24,296 nucleotides of DNA from a virus, in IMG/VR virus record IMGVR_UViG_3300037245_003526, positions 1 to 24,296 of that record; one strand, 5' to 3'. Positions 1-10,500 of the stretch are shown one piece after another. The translations under genes and the position numbers were made by a program. Below the pieces are notes generated by a model. It worked only from the letters and a program-made list of their open reading frames with translations, was not told where the DNA came from and did no database searches. Every line of letters begins with the position of its first letter. The stretch's first letter is position 1.

Positions 1-70
1 TGATAGAAGTTCATGTATTAAGAAAGCAAAAGCTTCTGCTAAAAAAGCTACAGCATAAGAGGTAACCCAT

Positions 71-484
71 ATGAAAAACTCTCTGGTTGAAGACTATCTT
101 GGAATGATTCAGGATTCCGAGATAGTCTCAGAGCTTGGTGTAAAAGGGGACTATGTTTTAATCGCAATGCTATCTGCTCAAGGTTGGACAGCATGGAGAA
201 AAATTGGTACTGGAAATGACAAAGCTCGAAAAAAATGTGGTACTTTTAAAATAAGTAATCAGAGAGATGCATGTATAGCAACAAATAGGATAAAATTTTG
301 TAAAGAACGAATTACTCTCATCAAGAAAGAAAAAAAGAAATGTGATGAGAAAAGGGATCCTAAAAAGTGTAGAAAAAATGCTGATGATAGAGTAGATTAC
401 GAAGAAGGTAAAATTAAAAAATATAAAAAACGTCTTGAAAAATTAAAAAAGAAGGGAAGGGGATATAACCCAAAAACTTACTAA
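71..484 (+). CDS. hypothetical lysine-rich basic protein with five Cys (137 aa)
   Basis: ATG start. Upstream AAGAGG Shine-Dalgarno. About 30% K/R with scattered cysteines. No recognisable catalytic motif. Confidence 0.5.
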   Translation: MKNSLVEDYLGMIQDSEIVSELGVKGDYVLIAMLSAQGWTAWRKIGTGNDKARKKCGTFKISNQRDACIATNRIKFCKERITLIKKEKKKCDEKRDPKKCRKNADDRVDYEEGKIKKYKKRLEKLKKKGRGYNPKTY

Positions 485-524
485 CCGAATTTCTTTATAA
501 ATCGAAAAAGAAAGGAGATGTACC

Positions 525-1325
525 ATGCCGTTTAAAGGATTTAATGTCAAGTATCCGGAGTACACAATTGAGACTCCACAAACAGGATTAAGTTTTAATG
601 TAAGGACTTTAAATGTTCAAGAAGAGGAACGTTTAAAAGGCAGTTTAAACACACCAAATAGTATTGCTGAGCATTTAAATAAATGTATTTATGAGGCTAT
701 GACGAAGAAGCCAGCTCAGATTAAAACATTCGAAGACTTTTTAAGTAAGACTACTTTAAAAGATAGAGATGCTCTACTATATGGACTTTACCATATAACA
801 TATGAGGAAATTAGAAACTATGATGTAACATGTTCCTCATGCCGAAAAGAATATCCAGTAACTATACAAGCCTCTGATACTTTCAGCTTCAACCCTTATC
901 CTCAAAAGGACATTTTGAATAAAAGACATGATGTACCTCTTCCTATTACTAAGGGAGTTATAGCAGTAATAAAACAACCATGTCTTCTTGATGAGGTAAA
1001 AGCTACCAAAGAATTAGGATCTAGACCTGGTTCATCAATCGAGACTATTGCTGAAACTATGATAATTGACTCTTTTAAACAAGATGTTCAAGAAAGTAAA
1101 GAAGCAGATATATATTCAGATCGTGTTGATATACTTGATGCTTACTTAACTCTTCCATCAAGAGATAAAAGAGCAATTCATAAAGCATATGATGAAATGT
1201 TTGGTAAATTCGGAATTGAGTTGAAAATGAAAAGTCATTGTATTCAATGCGGTAATGCAGAAGACATTGACATAGATTTGGTAAACCAATTTTTTCGTAT
1301 GGCATACTCGTCCACAGCTGATTGA
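525..1325 (+). CDS. hypothetical protein with two CxxC pairs (266 aa), first gene of a baseplate-like module
   Basis: AAAGGAG Shine-Dalgarno 8 nt before the ATG. CSSC around residue 103 and CIQC around residue 241 suggest a zinc ribbon. It sits directly upstream of the gp25-like gene. Confidence 0.55.
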   Translation: MPFKGFNVKYPEYTIETPQTGLSFNVRTLNVQEEERLKGSLNTPNSIAEHLNKCIYEAMTKKPAQIKTFEDFLSKTTLKDRDALLYGLYHITYEEIRNYDVTCSSCRKEYPVTIQASDTFSFNPYPQKDILNKRHDVPLPITKGVIAVIKQPCLLDEVKATKELGSRPGSSIETIAETMIIDSFKQDVQESKEADIYSDRVDILDAYLTLPSRDKRAIHKAYDEMFGKFGIELKMKSHCIQCGNAEDIDIDLVNQFFRMAYSSTAD

Positions 1326-1398
1326 AGAATATAGACAGTTGCTGAGCGAGAATATATTCACATGTATAGAAGTCCTTCACCAAGGATATCTTGATATA

Positions 1399-1488
1399 AT
1401 GTATATGCCTGTAAAACGATTTTATGACATGCTTAAATGGAAATCAGATTTAGAGGACCAACGAGCAAAACTTATAAATAGTAAATAG
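1399..1488 (+). CDS. possible small ORF (29 aa, MYMPVKRFYDMLKWKSDLEDQRAKLINSK) in the 175-nt gap between two baseplate genes
   Basis: Open frame with an amphipathic-looking peptide but no Shine-Dalgarno sequence. It may simply be non-coding spacer. Confidence 0.12.
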   Translation: MYMPVKRFYDMLKWKSDLEDQRAKLINSK

Positions 1489-1499
1489 GAGTATATATT

Positions 1500-1928
1500 A
1501 TGCCTTCAATGATAGATCTTTTTAATCAAAATGTAGTTGGTTCTAAAGGTTTCATCTCAGATTTTCTTCCTATAATATCCTCAAGTGGCGACTTTACTAG
1601 AGTAACAGAGCTTTCAGTTATAATATCTTCTTGGAATAATATATTATTAACACCTCTTAGAACTTATGTATATGATCCTGATTATGGTAGTGAATTATAT
1701 AAATATGTATTCGATCAAAATGATGATGAGACAGTTGATGATATAAAAGAAGAAGTAAGATATAGACTAACTAAATTTGATGATAGAGCAGTTATCACAA
1801 ATATTGAAGTAATCTTCATGAGAGATAGAAAAGGTTTCACAGTCAATATAGATTTCGTGTTTGGCGAGGAAGAGACTCGTATGAAGGTTAATATAGATGG
1901 TAATGTATACATAAGGTTTCTGGAGTAA
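1500..1928 (+). CDS. baseplate wedge protein, gp25 / GPW-like (142 aa)
   Basis: By eye it aligns with the T4 gp25 / P2 gpW family. The motif ILLTPLRTYVYDPDYGSELYKYVFD parallels IITTRKGSRPFDPEFGCDLSDQLFE (T4 gp25 recalled from memory, not checked), followed by a conserved V..I..V.V..hydrophobic pattern. The size matches (about 130-140 aa). Shine-Dalgarno AGGAG. Confidence 0.8.
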   Translation: MPSMIDLFNQNVVGSKGFISDFLPIISSSGDFTRVTELSVIISSWNNILLTPLRTYVYDPDYGSELYKYVFDQNDDETVDDIKEEVRYRLTKFDDRAVITNIEVIFMRDRKGFTVNIDFVFGEEETRMKVNIDGNVYIRFLE

Positions 1929-1933
1929 ATATT

Positions 1934-2578
1934 ATGCAATTATGGTCTCGTCTCTATGATTATATTCATGAGTATCAACAACTAGTTTATGAATATTATG
2001 CTCATAGTGCTGTAGCATTTCAGACTACATACTGGAATATTAATAAAGATGTAACAGTATGGGATGATGAACAAATGTTTGGTGGTGCTTATGAAATGTT
2101 AGGTAGTTTATCTGGAGTTAAGTGGAACAAATATTTATTACTGCCTGTATATTTTTCAGAAGAAATAACAACAGCATTTGAGGGTACAGAGACTGGACTT
2201 ATAAAAGAGCAAGAAAGTAGTATTGTAATTCCTTCTGAATATGGTATAACCCCATATGCAGGAGATATAATAAAATTAGAACAAGAGTTTTTACGTCCAA
2301 CTAATGATAATTTTCCAATATTTGCTGTAACTGGAGTAGAACCTCATCCAAATACAGATAGAAGATTTTGGAAACTTAAAATAAAAGTAAATCAAAGTGA
2401 AACTGTAGATGATATTAACGATCAAACAGAGAATTCATATGCATTTTATGACTATGATAAAAAGATTCATACATTAGAAGAAGCTACAGATTTGACTAGA
2501 TTACTAATAAAAAATGAAACATTAAGGGAACGTTTAAAAAATATGTGGGATGAAAATTCAGGTCTTTATAATATTTAA
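1934..2578 (+). CDS. hypothetical baseplate-module protein (214 aa)
   Basis: Tightly packed between the gp25-like and J-like genes (5-nt gap, GGAG Shine-Dalgarno). Function assigned from position only. Confidence 0.5.
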   Translation: MQLWSRLYDYIHEYQQLVYEYYAHSAVAFQTTYWNINKDVTVWDDEQMFGGAYEMLGSLSGVKWNKYLLLPVYFSEEITTAFEGTETGLIKEQESSIVIPSEYGITPYAGDIIKLEQEFLRPTNDNFPIFAVTGVEPHPNTDRRFWKLKIKVNQSETVDDINDQTENSYAFYDYDKKIHTLEEATDLTRLLIKNETLRERLKNMWDENSGLYNI

Positions 2579-2589
2579 AAGAGGCAATT

Positions 2590-5139
2590 ATGACTGACAA
2601 TACAGTATCTTCAGAAATATACCAAAGTCGAGATGCTACTAGAGATAAAATTATTGAACTTCTTCAGCGATACTTGGAGTTAGGTAATGTAGACTTGACA
2701 AAAACATCATTCCTATCATATGTTACGGATGTTATGTCTATACTTTCCTCAAATCTTATGTTTTACCAAGGTAATGTTTATAGAGAATTCTTTATGACAA
2801 AAGCTCAATTACCAGAGTCTATTTATAACTTAAGTTCTTTTATAGGTTATACTCCATCAGAAGCAAGTTATTCCTCTACAAATCTTCTTATAACAGTACC
2901 TCTACCTTTCAATGATACAAATATAACTTTTTCAATAGCAGATGGAAGAGATGGTAATTTTAAATTTCAAACATCCGATGGTATTAAATTTCTAACATAT
3001 TATACAACAACCGTAACTGTAATAAATAATAGTGATGTTACTATACAAATTGATCAAGATGGTAAACTTTATACCTTACCTGTTTATATTGATACAACTT
3101 CTGCTGATCAACAGTTTCAATTTGTACTACCTGTAAGACAATATAAAAGTACAAGATCTGAATTTATTATTGATCCTGATCTTCAACCAAATCAGTTTAC
3201 CAATATTGATGTTCCTATAGATGGTAAAGTTGCTGAAATGTCGGTGTATGTTAGGAACCCTGGAAGTGATGTAGACACCCTTGGTATGTTGTACGATGGC
3301 TCTTTTGATAGTCTATATTTAATGACTTCCTCTGATTATGGATATGTATCAAGAAACATATCTGAAGGTAAAAGATTATATTTTGGTAATGGAGTTATAG
3401 GACAACAACCTCTTCCTGGTTCTACAGTAATTGTATTCACTGACATAACAGAAGGGGAATCAGGTAACGTTATAGCTGGTTCTGTAACAACAGGTAGTAG
3501 AATATATACAATGGCTGGTGGTGCTTCAACAATAGTAAATTACACAGTAACAAATACTTCTCCTGCTACAGGTGGTAGTGATGAAGAGTCACTACAGGAA
3601 ATAAAACAAAATTCTATAGATAGTTTAACATCTCTAAATAGATTAGTTTCTGAAGGTGATTATGGTCATGTAAAAACTATAATTGAGGATGCTCCTATAG
3701 CTGAAAATTCTATAGCAGTATTAAAAAGATCTGATCTTAAAGTTAATGAAATTCAGTTATTCACTATTCTTAATTTCAATAATGAAATAGTTCCAACCAG
3801 AAATATATATTATTCAGTTCCCACTGGTACTACAGTAATTCCAAGAGATACTGTAATTACATTTGATGGAGTTGAATACATTACTATATTTGATATAGAA
3901 ATATCATCACTAAATACATATGCTGACTATGAATATAATCTACTACAACTACAAATTACACCTCTTTTAATACAAAGTTGGAGTAGTGCAAATCAAGATG
4001 CTTATAACTTTAACTCAAATGAATTATTAGTATCATATAATGATGCATCTGCAACTGTAACTTTTGAATTTTCATATTTTTCAGATGAAATAGATCGTAC
4101 TAATTGTTCTTGTGATTTAACAATTCTTTCTACAGATGATACTCGTGCTATGACAAATACTGCAAATGCAAATGGAGGAGTTTTTTCATACACATTTCCA
4201 AATTATACTGATATCCCGAAGGGAAGTCAGACGTATTATCTTACTGTAAGTAATTCAAACTTACCGATTCAACAATTAATATCACGATATTCTGCTTCCT
4301 TTATATTAAGACAGGATTTATCACCATTATATATGATGTCAAATACAGCGAATGATGGTACTACAACCATCATATATGATATACCAGGAATTAAAAAATC
4401 CTACTATGATAGTATTGATAAAATAGATTTTGAATCTGCTGTTATACAAGAATTTTTATCATCTATGGATTTAAAAGATTATAGAATGATGACTGATTTC
4501 ACTAATCTTAAATTCTGTAGTACTACTGGTAAGATGAATAATATGCTTTTAAATAAGAATAATAAGTTAGCAGTAAAAGACATGGGTTTAACTAGTATTC
4601 CTACATCTTTAACTACTGGGGACAGATATATTATAAGTGGTAATGAAGGAGGTACATGGACTGGTCATAGAGATGATATAGCAATTTGTACAGATTCTAC
4701 TGCTTCAACATGGACTTTTATAATGCCAAATGCTAATGATATTACATACGTTCAAAGTAAGAGTTCAAATTATATCTATACACAATATGGATGGAAAATA
4801 CCTCAATATGATATTCCTTTACAAATATCTATAGAACTATTTAGAATTCTTGATTCATCAATTACCGACGTTTCTTTAGTATATAATATACAAGCTGCTT
4901 TAGTTTCAGCATTTTCTAGTAGATTTGGTCCAAATTTAACTATTTATAGAACAGAAATAATAGAAGTTATTCAAGGAGTGACTGGGGTTTCCCATTGTAG
5001 ATTAATAGAACCAGAAAGTAGTGTTTTCTTTAATTTTGATCTTTTAGATTTTACAGAACAACAATTACTTGAATATGGTCCTGAATGGGTATATTTTGAA
5101 ATTGATGATATTACAATAAAAGTTCTTCCTGCGGAGTAG
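2590..5139 (+). CDS. baseplate J-like / gp6-like wedge protein (849 aa)
   Basis: Large protein immediately after the gp25-like gene, as in PBSX xkdS-xkdT, P2 W-J and T4 25/6 arrangements. The N-terminal region (SFIGYTPSEASYSSTNLLITV) resembles the baseplate-J family segment around GY.P..S. AAAGAGG Shine-Dalgarno. Confidence 0.6.
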   Translation: MTDNTVSSEIYQSRDATRDKIIELLQRYLELGNVDLTKTSFLSYVTDVMSILSSNLMFYQGNVYREFFMTKAQLPESIYNLSSFIGYTPSEASYSSTNLLITVPLPFNDTNITFSIADGRDGNFKFQTSDGIKFLTYYTTTVTVINNSDVTIQIDQDGKLYTLPVYIDTTSADQQFQFVLPVRQYKSTRSEFIIDPDLQPNQFTNIDVPIDGKVAEMSVYVRNPGSDVDTLGMLYDGSFDSLYLMTSSDYGYVSRNISEGKRLYFGNGVIGQQPLPGSTVIVFTDITEGESGNVIAGSVTTGSRIYTMAGGASTIVNYTVTNTSPATGGSDEESLQEIKQNSIDSLTSLNRLVSEGDYGHVKTIIEDAPIAENSIAVLKRSDLKVNEIQLFTILNFNNEIVPTRNIYYSVPTGTTVIPRDTVITFDGVEYITIFDIEISSLNTYADYEYNLLQLQITPLLIQSWSSANQDAYNFNSNELLVSYNDASATVTFEFSYFSDEIDRTNCSCDLTILSTDDTRAMTNTANANGGVFSYTFPNYTDIPKGSQTYYLTVSNSNLPIQQLISRYSASFILRQDLSPLYMMSNTANDGTTTIIYDIPGIKKSYYDSIDKIDFESAVIQEFLSSMDLKDYRMMTDFTNLKFCSTTGKMNNMLLNKNNKLAVKDMGLTSIPTSLTTGDRYIISGNEGGTWTGHRDDIAICTDSTASTWTFIMPNANDITYVQSKSSNYIYTQYGWKIPQYDIPLQISIELFRILDSSITDVSLVYNIQAALVSAFSSRFGPNLTIYRTEIIEVIQGVTGVSHCRLIEPESSVFFNFDLLDFTEQQLLEYGPEWVYFEIDDITIKVLPAE

Positions 5140-5147
5140 TATAACCT

Positions 5148-6257
5148 ATGGAAATATTACTAGCTAAATCAAATATAGATTTTATCAGACTTAGAAAAAA
5201 AATTCATACAATAGTAGGAACTGAATTACCAGGTTTAACAGAACCATGTTATTATCCTTCCTTAAAAAAATACTATTATGAACTTCTTCATCTATGTAAA
5301 TTAAAAGAATCTGATATCAAAGATTATGTTAAAAGATTTTATATGGGAACACCAGCTGCTAAATGGAAACTTCAAAGAGATCCTATTACTAATTTATATA
5401 TTTTTTTAATGCATGTATTTCTTACAAAAAGACAAGTTAATACATACCGCTCTATAATGCTTCTACATCTAATAAGACAATATACAAATCTTATGAATAA
5501 ACAAATTCAGTTTTGTAATAAAGATGCATTTAAATATACTTTAGAAAATATAGCAAAAACTCATTTATTTGTAAGAGAGGGAACAATTCCAAATGCGTTA
5601 GTTTTCTTATCAAGAGAAATGGAAAAAGCTTATACCAAAGATATAATAAATAAAGATGTAAATAGAGTAATTCTATTTATAACTGTATGTAGAACAAGAG
5701 TATCACAAAGTATTAAAAGTTTTGCAGAATTATACTATCATGCTAGTAAGGAAGGTTTAGGAATAAGACAACCAAAAGAAGATGAAGAAGAAAGAGGTGA
5801 AGTACAACATCAACAATTAGAAAGATCTTCAAGAGTTATAAATAGTGTAGTTAGAAAGATAACTGTTTATAGAGTTGTTGATAAAAAAGCAGTTGAAATG
5901 GCCAAGAATCTTACTAAAATTAGATCAAGTCTAGCAACCATGATTTCAAGTAATATAACTGATGTAAAATATGCAGATGATTTAAGAACAATCCTAGAAT
6001 TATTTGTTAAAGATTTACAAAACGTATCCTACTTATGTGGAGATGAATTCTTCACTTATGTTAAGAGTCTTATGGCTATTAAAAGAACTAAATCAATAAT
6101 CTACTTTAAAAAACAAATTAATGATTTGTTATTATCACTTCTAAAAACATTAAAATATGAAAAAGAATATAATAAACTTACTAAACAAACCCAATCCTTA
6201 ATTAACCTATATTTAGCATTCTACTTAACAATAGTTTTTAGAAATACAATTTGTTAA
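5148..6257 (+). CDS. hypothetical alpha-helical protein (369 aa)
   Basis: Long ORF with a weak Shine-Dalgarno. It is the last gene of the + strand module and converges on the - strand genes. Confidence 0.45.
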   Translation: MEILLAKSNIDFIRLRKKIHTIVGTELPGLTEPCYYPSLKKYYYELLHLCKLKESDIKDYVKRFYMGTPAAKWKLQRDPITNLYIFLMHVFLTKRQVNTYRSIMLLHLIRQYTNLMNKQIQFCNKDAFKYTLENIAKTHLFVREGTIPNALVFLSREMEKAYTKDIINKDVNRVILFITVCRTRVSQSIKSFAELYYHASKEGLGIRQPKEDEEERGEVQHQQLERSSRVINSVVRKITVYRVVDKKAVEMAKNLTKIRSSLATMISSNITDVKYADDLRTILELFVKDLQNVSYLCGDEFFTYVKSLMAIKRTKSIIYFKKQINDLLLSLLKTLKYEKEYNKLTKQTQSLINLYLAFYLTIVFRNTIC

Positions 6258-6279
6258 GATCCTACTACTGCACCTCCAA

Positions 6280-7500
6280 TTAGACCAGACCCACAGGTGG
6301 TGCAAAATCAACTGCCTTTTCCTGATCATCAACAGAAACTCTTCTAGGTGCAGGTTCAGCTACTTCAGGAGATTGTACTGTTTTTCCAGGATACTTAGGT
6401 GGTGGTGTAAAATTATCTGCGTCTTCACTAATTCTTAAATGTGATATAGATTGGTTGCTAGTCGATGCAGGACCTGGAACATTATACATTTTATAAAGAG
6501 TCCTTGTACTTATAGAATTATCCTTACCACCTAATACATTTAAATATGAATTCAATGTAGGTCTATTATCTCCAGCAGTACCAGCTTTTTCTTCTACTAA
6601 TATACTATTATATAAACTACCAAAATCAATTCGTACATCTACTATTGATAATGCTTGGTTCCATGCAATGCTTTGTTGATCTCCACCCTTTATAACAGAA
6701 ATACTATTTATAAAAGCAGCATTAATATCATAAATTCCATTTGCCCTTACCTTACAAAGAAATGGCCATTGATACCCTGAATTATCTGCAGACCCTCTTG
6801 GTAATCCTAGAATTAGAATAGCAGCTAATGGTCCAACAATATACTTTCTAGTCATGTCAGGATCGCCTGGACTTGGATTGTACAGTCTAATAGTCATAGT
6901 ATATGAAGGTTCAAAAGCACTATTCTTCCAAACCTTAGGAAAGTCAACTCTTGCTCCAGCTAAACCAGCACTAACTACATTTAACATTTTTTTAGCAAGA
7001 CCAGCACCTGCTGATCCTGCTGCCTGTCTAGCTTTTAAACTTTCTTGAAGTTCCTGTAATTTTTTATGTCCACCTAAAGCTGCTTTTCCTATAAGAGAAC
7101 CTTCTCCTAAAGCACCACCAATATTTTTTGCAGCTTCTGAAATAGTTGAAGCACCCATAAATTGTGATATTTCAGCTAAACCAGAAGAAGCCATCCGAGT
7201 AAATTTATCTAGAAAACTCTCACCATATTCATTACTGAATGTATCTGTTGGAAATGCGTCTGCTAGAAATGCTATTTTTAACTTTTTCTGATTAGTAGGT
7301 AATTCAAAACCATGGGTTTTTAATAGTTTATTATATAATTCCATTCCTTTAGTTGGATTAAGACCAAATAATTGTAATCCTTCCTTAAAATTTGGTAAGC
7401 ATGGGGTAATAGTAGCAGTTGGCATAGTATTTTTAACAACACCAGCAGTCGTATATGATACTGGAGGCATTCCAGGTATAAAATCTATTATTACAGACAT
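6280..7500 (-). CDS. tail/baseplate protein encoded directly downstream of the tape measure gene (406 aa); possibly a T4 gp48/gp54-like tube-baseplate junction protein
   Basis: AAAAGGAGAAAA Shine-Dalgarno. Gly/Ala-rich central segment. The position after the tape measure gene parallels T4 29-48-54. The functional call is positional inference. Confidence 0.5.
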   Translation of the reverse strand: MSVIIDFIPGMPPVSYTTAGVVKNTMPTATITPCLPNFKEGLQLFGLNPTKGMELYNKLLKTHGFELPTNQKKLKIAFLADAFPTDTFSNEYGESFLDKFTRMASSGLAEISQFMGASTISEAAKNIGGALGEGSLIGKAALGGHKKLQELQESLKARQAAGSAGAGLAKKMLNVVSAGLAGARVDFPKVWKNSAFEPSYTMTIRLYNPSPGDPDMTRKYIVGPLAAILILGLPRGSADNSGYQWPFLCKVRANGIYDINAAFINSISVIKGGDQQSIAWNQALSIVDVRIDFGSLYNSILVEEKAGTAGDNRPTLNSYLNVLGGKDNSISTRTLYKMYNVPGPASTSNQSISHLRISEDADNFTPPPKYPGKTVQSPEVAEPAPRRVSVDDQEKAVDFAPPVGLV

Positions 7501-7513
7501 TAATTTTCTCCTT

Positions 7514-10500
7514 TTATGTTAACCTTCCTCTAAGAATTGAATCAACTGCTTCATCATAATATGGTCTTGGTCCAGATAAACCACCCGTACCACCACCATT
7601 ACTAACCTGAGCAGTTTTCTGAGAACTATCCACAAATGATGTTACTACACTACTAGCAGCCTGAGAACCTGAAATTACAGCTCCTGATAATTTATCAAAT
7701 CCTTCAGTTAATTGCTTGAATATTGCCATATCTTTATTAACACCCATTGCTGCAAGTGATTTTTTATCCATATGAAATTTACTTAATCTTTCTTTTGCCT
7801 CTGGCATTGTAGGAAGATAACCTTTTTTAGTAAGAATATTTTTCTTTTCAATCATTGCAGCAGTAACTTTATCAATTCCACCTTTAGCAGTAGATGTCAT
7901 ACCAGCAAAACCACCAGCAGCAAATTTACTATACGCTTTATTCATTTGCTCAAGAGTAGCCACGCCAGATGATTGAGCTTTCTCCTTAATATCTTTCCAA
8001 GCTAAAATTTTACTTTTGTTCTTTTTAACAAGTTCTGCAGCTTTCCATATTCCTGTACCAATAGAATTTTTAGTGTATTTACCACTAGTTAAAACCATTT
8101 CAGAAGCTCTGATAATATCATCAGGAAAATTCATAAGAACTGTATTTGTTAACATACCCAAAAGATTTATAGGAAATGGTAAATAAGCTGTTACTTTTTC
8201 AGTCATTGCTCCAGTGGTAACTAAAACTGATGTGATTTTCCTTTTGGCCTGTTCACTAAGTTGTACTCTAGCTTGTCGTTCTCTTTCTCTAAATTCATTT
8301 CCACCAACTTCAGCATATAATTTTTCTTCACTTTTAATCTTTCCTTCATTTATTTTTACTAAATATTTAAAGAATGTTTGTTCTCTTCTCATTCCATACC
8401 CATGCGGATCTTTTCCACGATATATACCTATATCACGTTTTTGCCTCATAAAATTAAGTCTAGCAGCATTAACAGTGACAAATCCATATCTAGCATACTC
8501 ATCCATATGCTCTTGCATAAATGTTCTCTGACCAATATTTATAGAATTTATAGTATCTTGATCTGATTCACCAATATGTTTTTGTCGTTTTTTCTGCAGG
8601 CTAGCAATACCCCTATGAATTCTTTCTTCATGTGCAGCTTTTACTTTTTCTTCTACAGGTCCTCGGGCAGCTTGCATAGTCCTAACACGAGTAACAGTAG
8701 CGGCTCTTAATCCTATATCTGCTTTTTCTCTTATAAATTTTTCTTTACCCCATTCTTTCTCTCGTGATTTTACTATAGCATCACCTATTGGTTTACCTAT
8801 TAAATAACCTAAACCTGCAGCTCCTGCAATTCCTAAAGCAGGACCAAGTGCTGCCATAAGTCCACCAGCAGGAATAGCTTTTAAAGCTGTAATTAAAAGA
8901 CCTCCTAGTCCCTTGGCCCCTCTTCCAAGAAGTTCAAATAAACCTCCACCTATTCCTTTAAACTTCATAAGCATTGGAAGTACCATACCCATTATAGGCA
9001 TTACTAATCTCATTAAAAAACTAGTAGTATCAGCAGTTTTTCTTCCTCGTCTTCTTAAATATCTATGAGATTTATCAGCAGTTCTATTTTGTTTTCGTAG
9101 AAGATCAATAATAGTATCAATCTTTTTATACACCTTCTGTGGAATTCTGCCAGGTCTAGCTGCTGGGAATAATTTTCTTTGTTTCTTTTCAGTATATTCG
9201 GCCTCAATTGTTTCTTCCGCTGCAGGTTTACCTTTCCATCCTATTCTTCCTAGCAAGCCTCTACCAGCAGCACCAGCTCTTTTTCCTCTTTCTCCCCATG
9301 CTTCTTTTGTTTCTTCCAATTCACTTGCCATAGTTCTTCTTCTAGTAAGTTGACGTGCCATTTCCTCTGGTAATACTTTTTGAGCTAATGCTCCTATTCC
9401 TTTTCCAGCAAGTCCAATAGTACCTTTATATGCAAGTGCAGCTACTCTACCAGCTATTGACCATGATTCCTTTCTTTCTATACCTTGTCTACTCATAGTT
9501 TTACCAGAGGTATATGCTAGTATACCAACCAAAGCATTAACAGCATCACTAGTATTTCTAGCTATAGCTGGTAAATATTCAGCAAGAAGATTTTGTTGAG
9601 AAAATGAAGATGCCATCATATCTCTGACCATTGATCCAGTAGGTCTTAAAGGTCCACCTCGTCTTCTAAACAAAAACCTAAATGGTGTCATAACCATTTT
9701 TTGTAAAGTTCTTAAACCATATATGAAAAATCTTTGAAATGGACCAAGTCTTGCAACCCAGTTTGCAAAAATAGTTCTGATAAATCCCATAGCACCGCCA
9801 ATAGGTGCAACAGCTTGTCTGGTACCAAATGTATTATCAGCAATTCTTTCAAGAGCAGGTCGCTTACCTGATACTTCTTCCATAGTATCTTTATAAGCAT
9901 CCATAGCTTCTTTAATAAACATCTTTCGATCAGCAATATTACTAATTCCTTTAGTCACAGTTCTCTTATTTACTTGATCGACAATGGTTGCTACAATATT
10001 TTTAACAGGAGTAATTACTTCAGCGGCATGTATTTCTGCCATACCCCCTTTTTTGACGAACCCTCCCTTGGCCATTTTAGGGATTTTTTCTTTTGGTTTC
10101 TTTTTTTCAAAAGAAAGGACACCTCTTAATTTTTCCCAACCTGCTCCAGCTAAACTCTTGAATCTGGATGTAACTGAAGATAAAGCTTTACCTAGTCCTT
10201 CTTTCATTCTACTAATCATATTTTTGAAAACAACTGTTTCCATCATTTTAGCAGTTGCATAACCAACTATTGGACTTATCTTACCTACAGTAGTAACTAT
10301 TAAAGCTTGTTTATTAACATTAATATCTTCACTAATTGCTTTAGCATATTCATTTACAGCTTGTGCTCCACCAAGACTAATATGTTTTACTCCCCTAGCT
10401 GTTTCAGCAGTAATATGCCTCATTCCAGAAGTAAGCGTACCGGTAGCATCAGCGAGATTTTTCAGTACCCTATCTATTGAGCTAATTGAACTTTTATTAG

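Noticed and set aside
1075-1383. Antisense ORFs inside confirmed genes (1075-1383, 1158-1361, 1715-1939, 4002-4193, 6854-7048, 8214-8566, 9712-9936, 9984-10262, 12718-13002, 14445-14693, 16164-16349, 17002-17202, 18681-19317, 19779-20048, 20821-21225, 22950-23354, 23640-24198)
   Set aside because: All lie opposite longer ORFs that have Shine-Dalgarno sequences and protein-like composition. Their translations are low-complexity (Ile/Phe/Leu/Ser-rich), as expected from antisense AT-rich DNA.
6280-7500. Calling the 406-aa protein confidently as T4 gp48 or gp54
   Set aside because: Only the position after the tape measure gene and a vague Gly-rich character support this. No motif-level match could be verified by eye, so it is kept as a positional inference.
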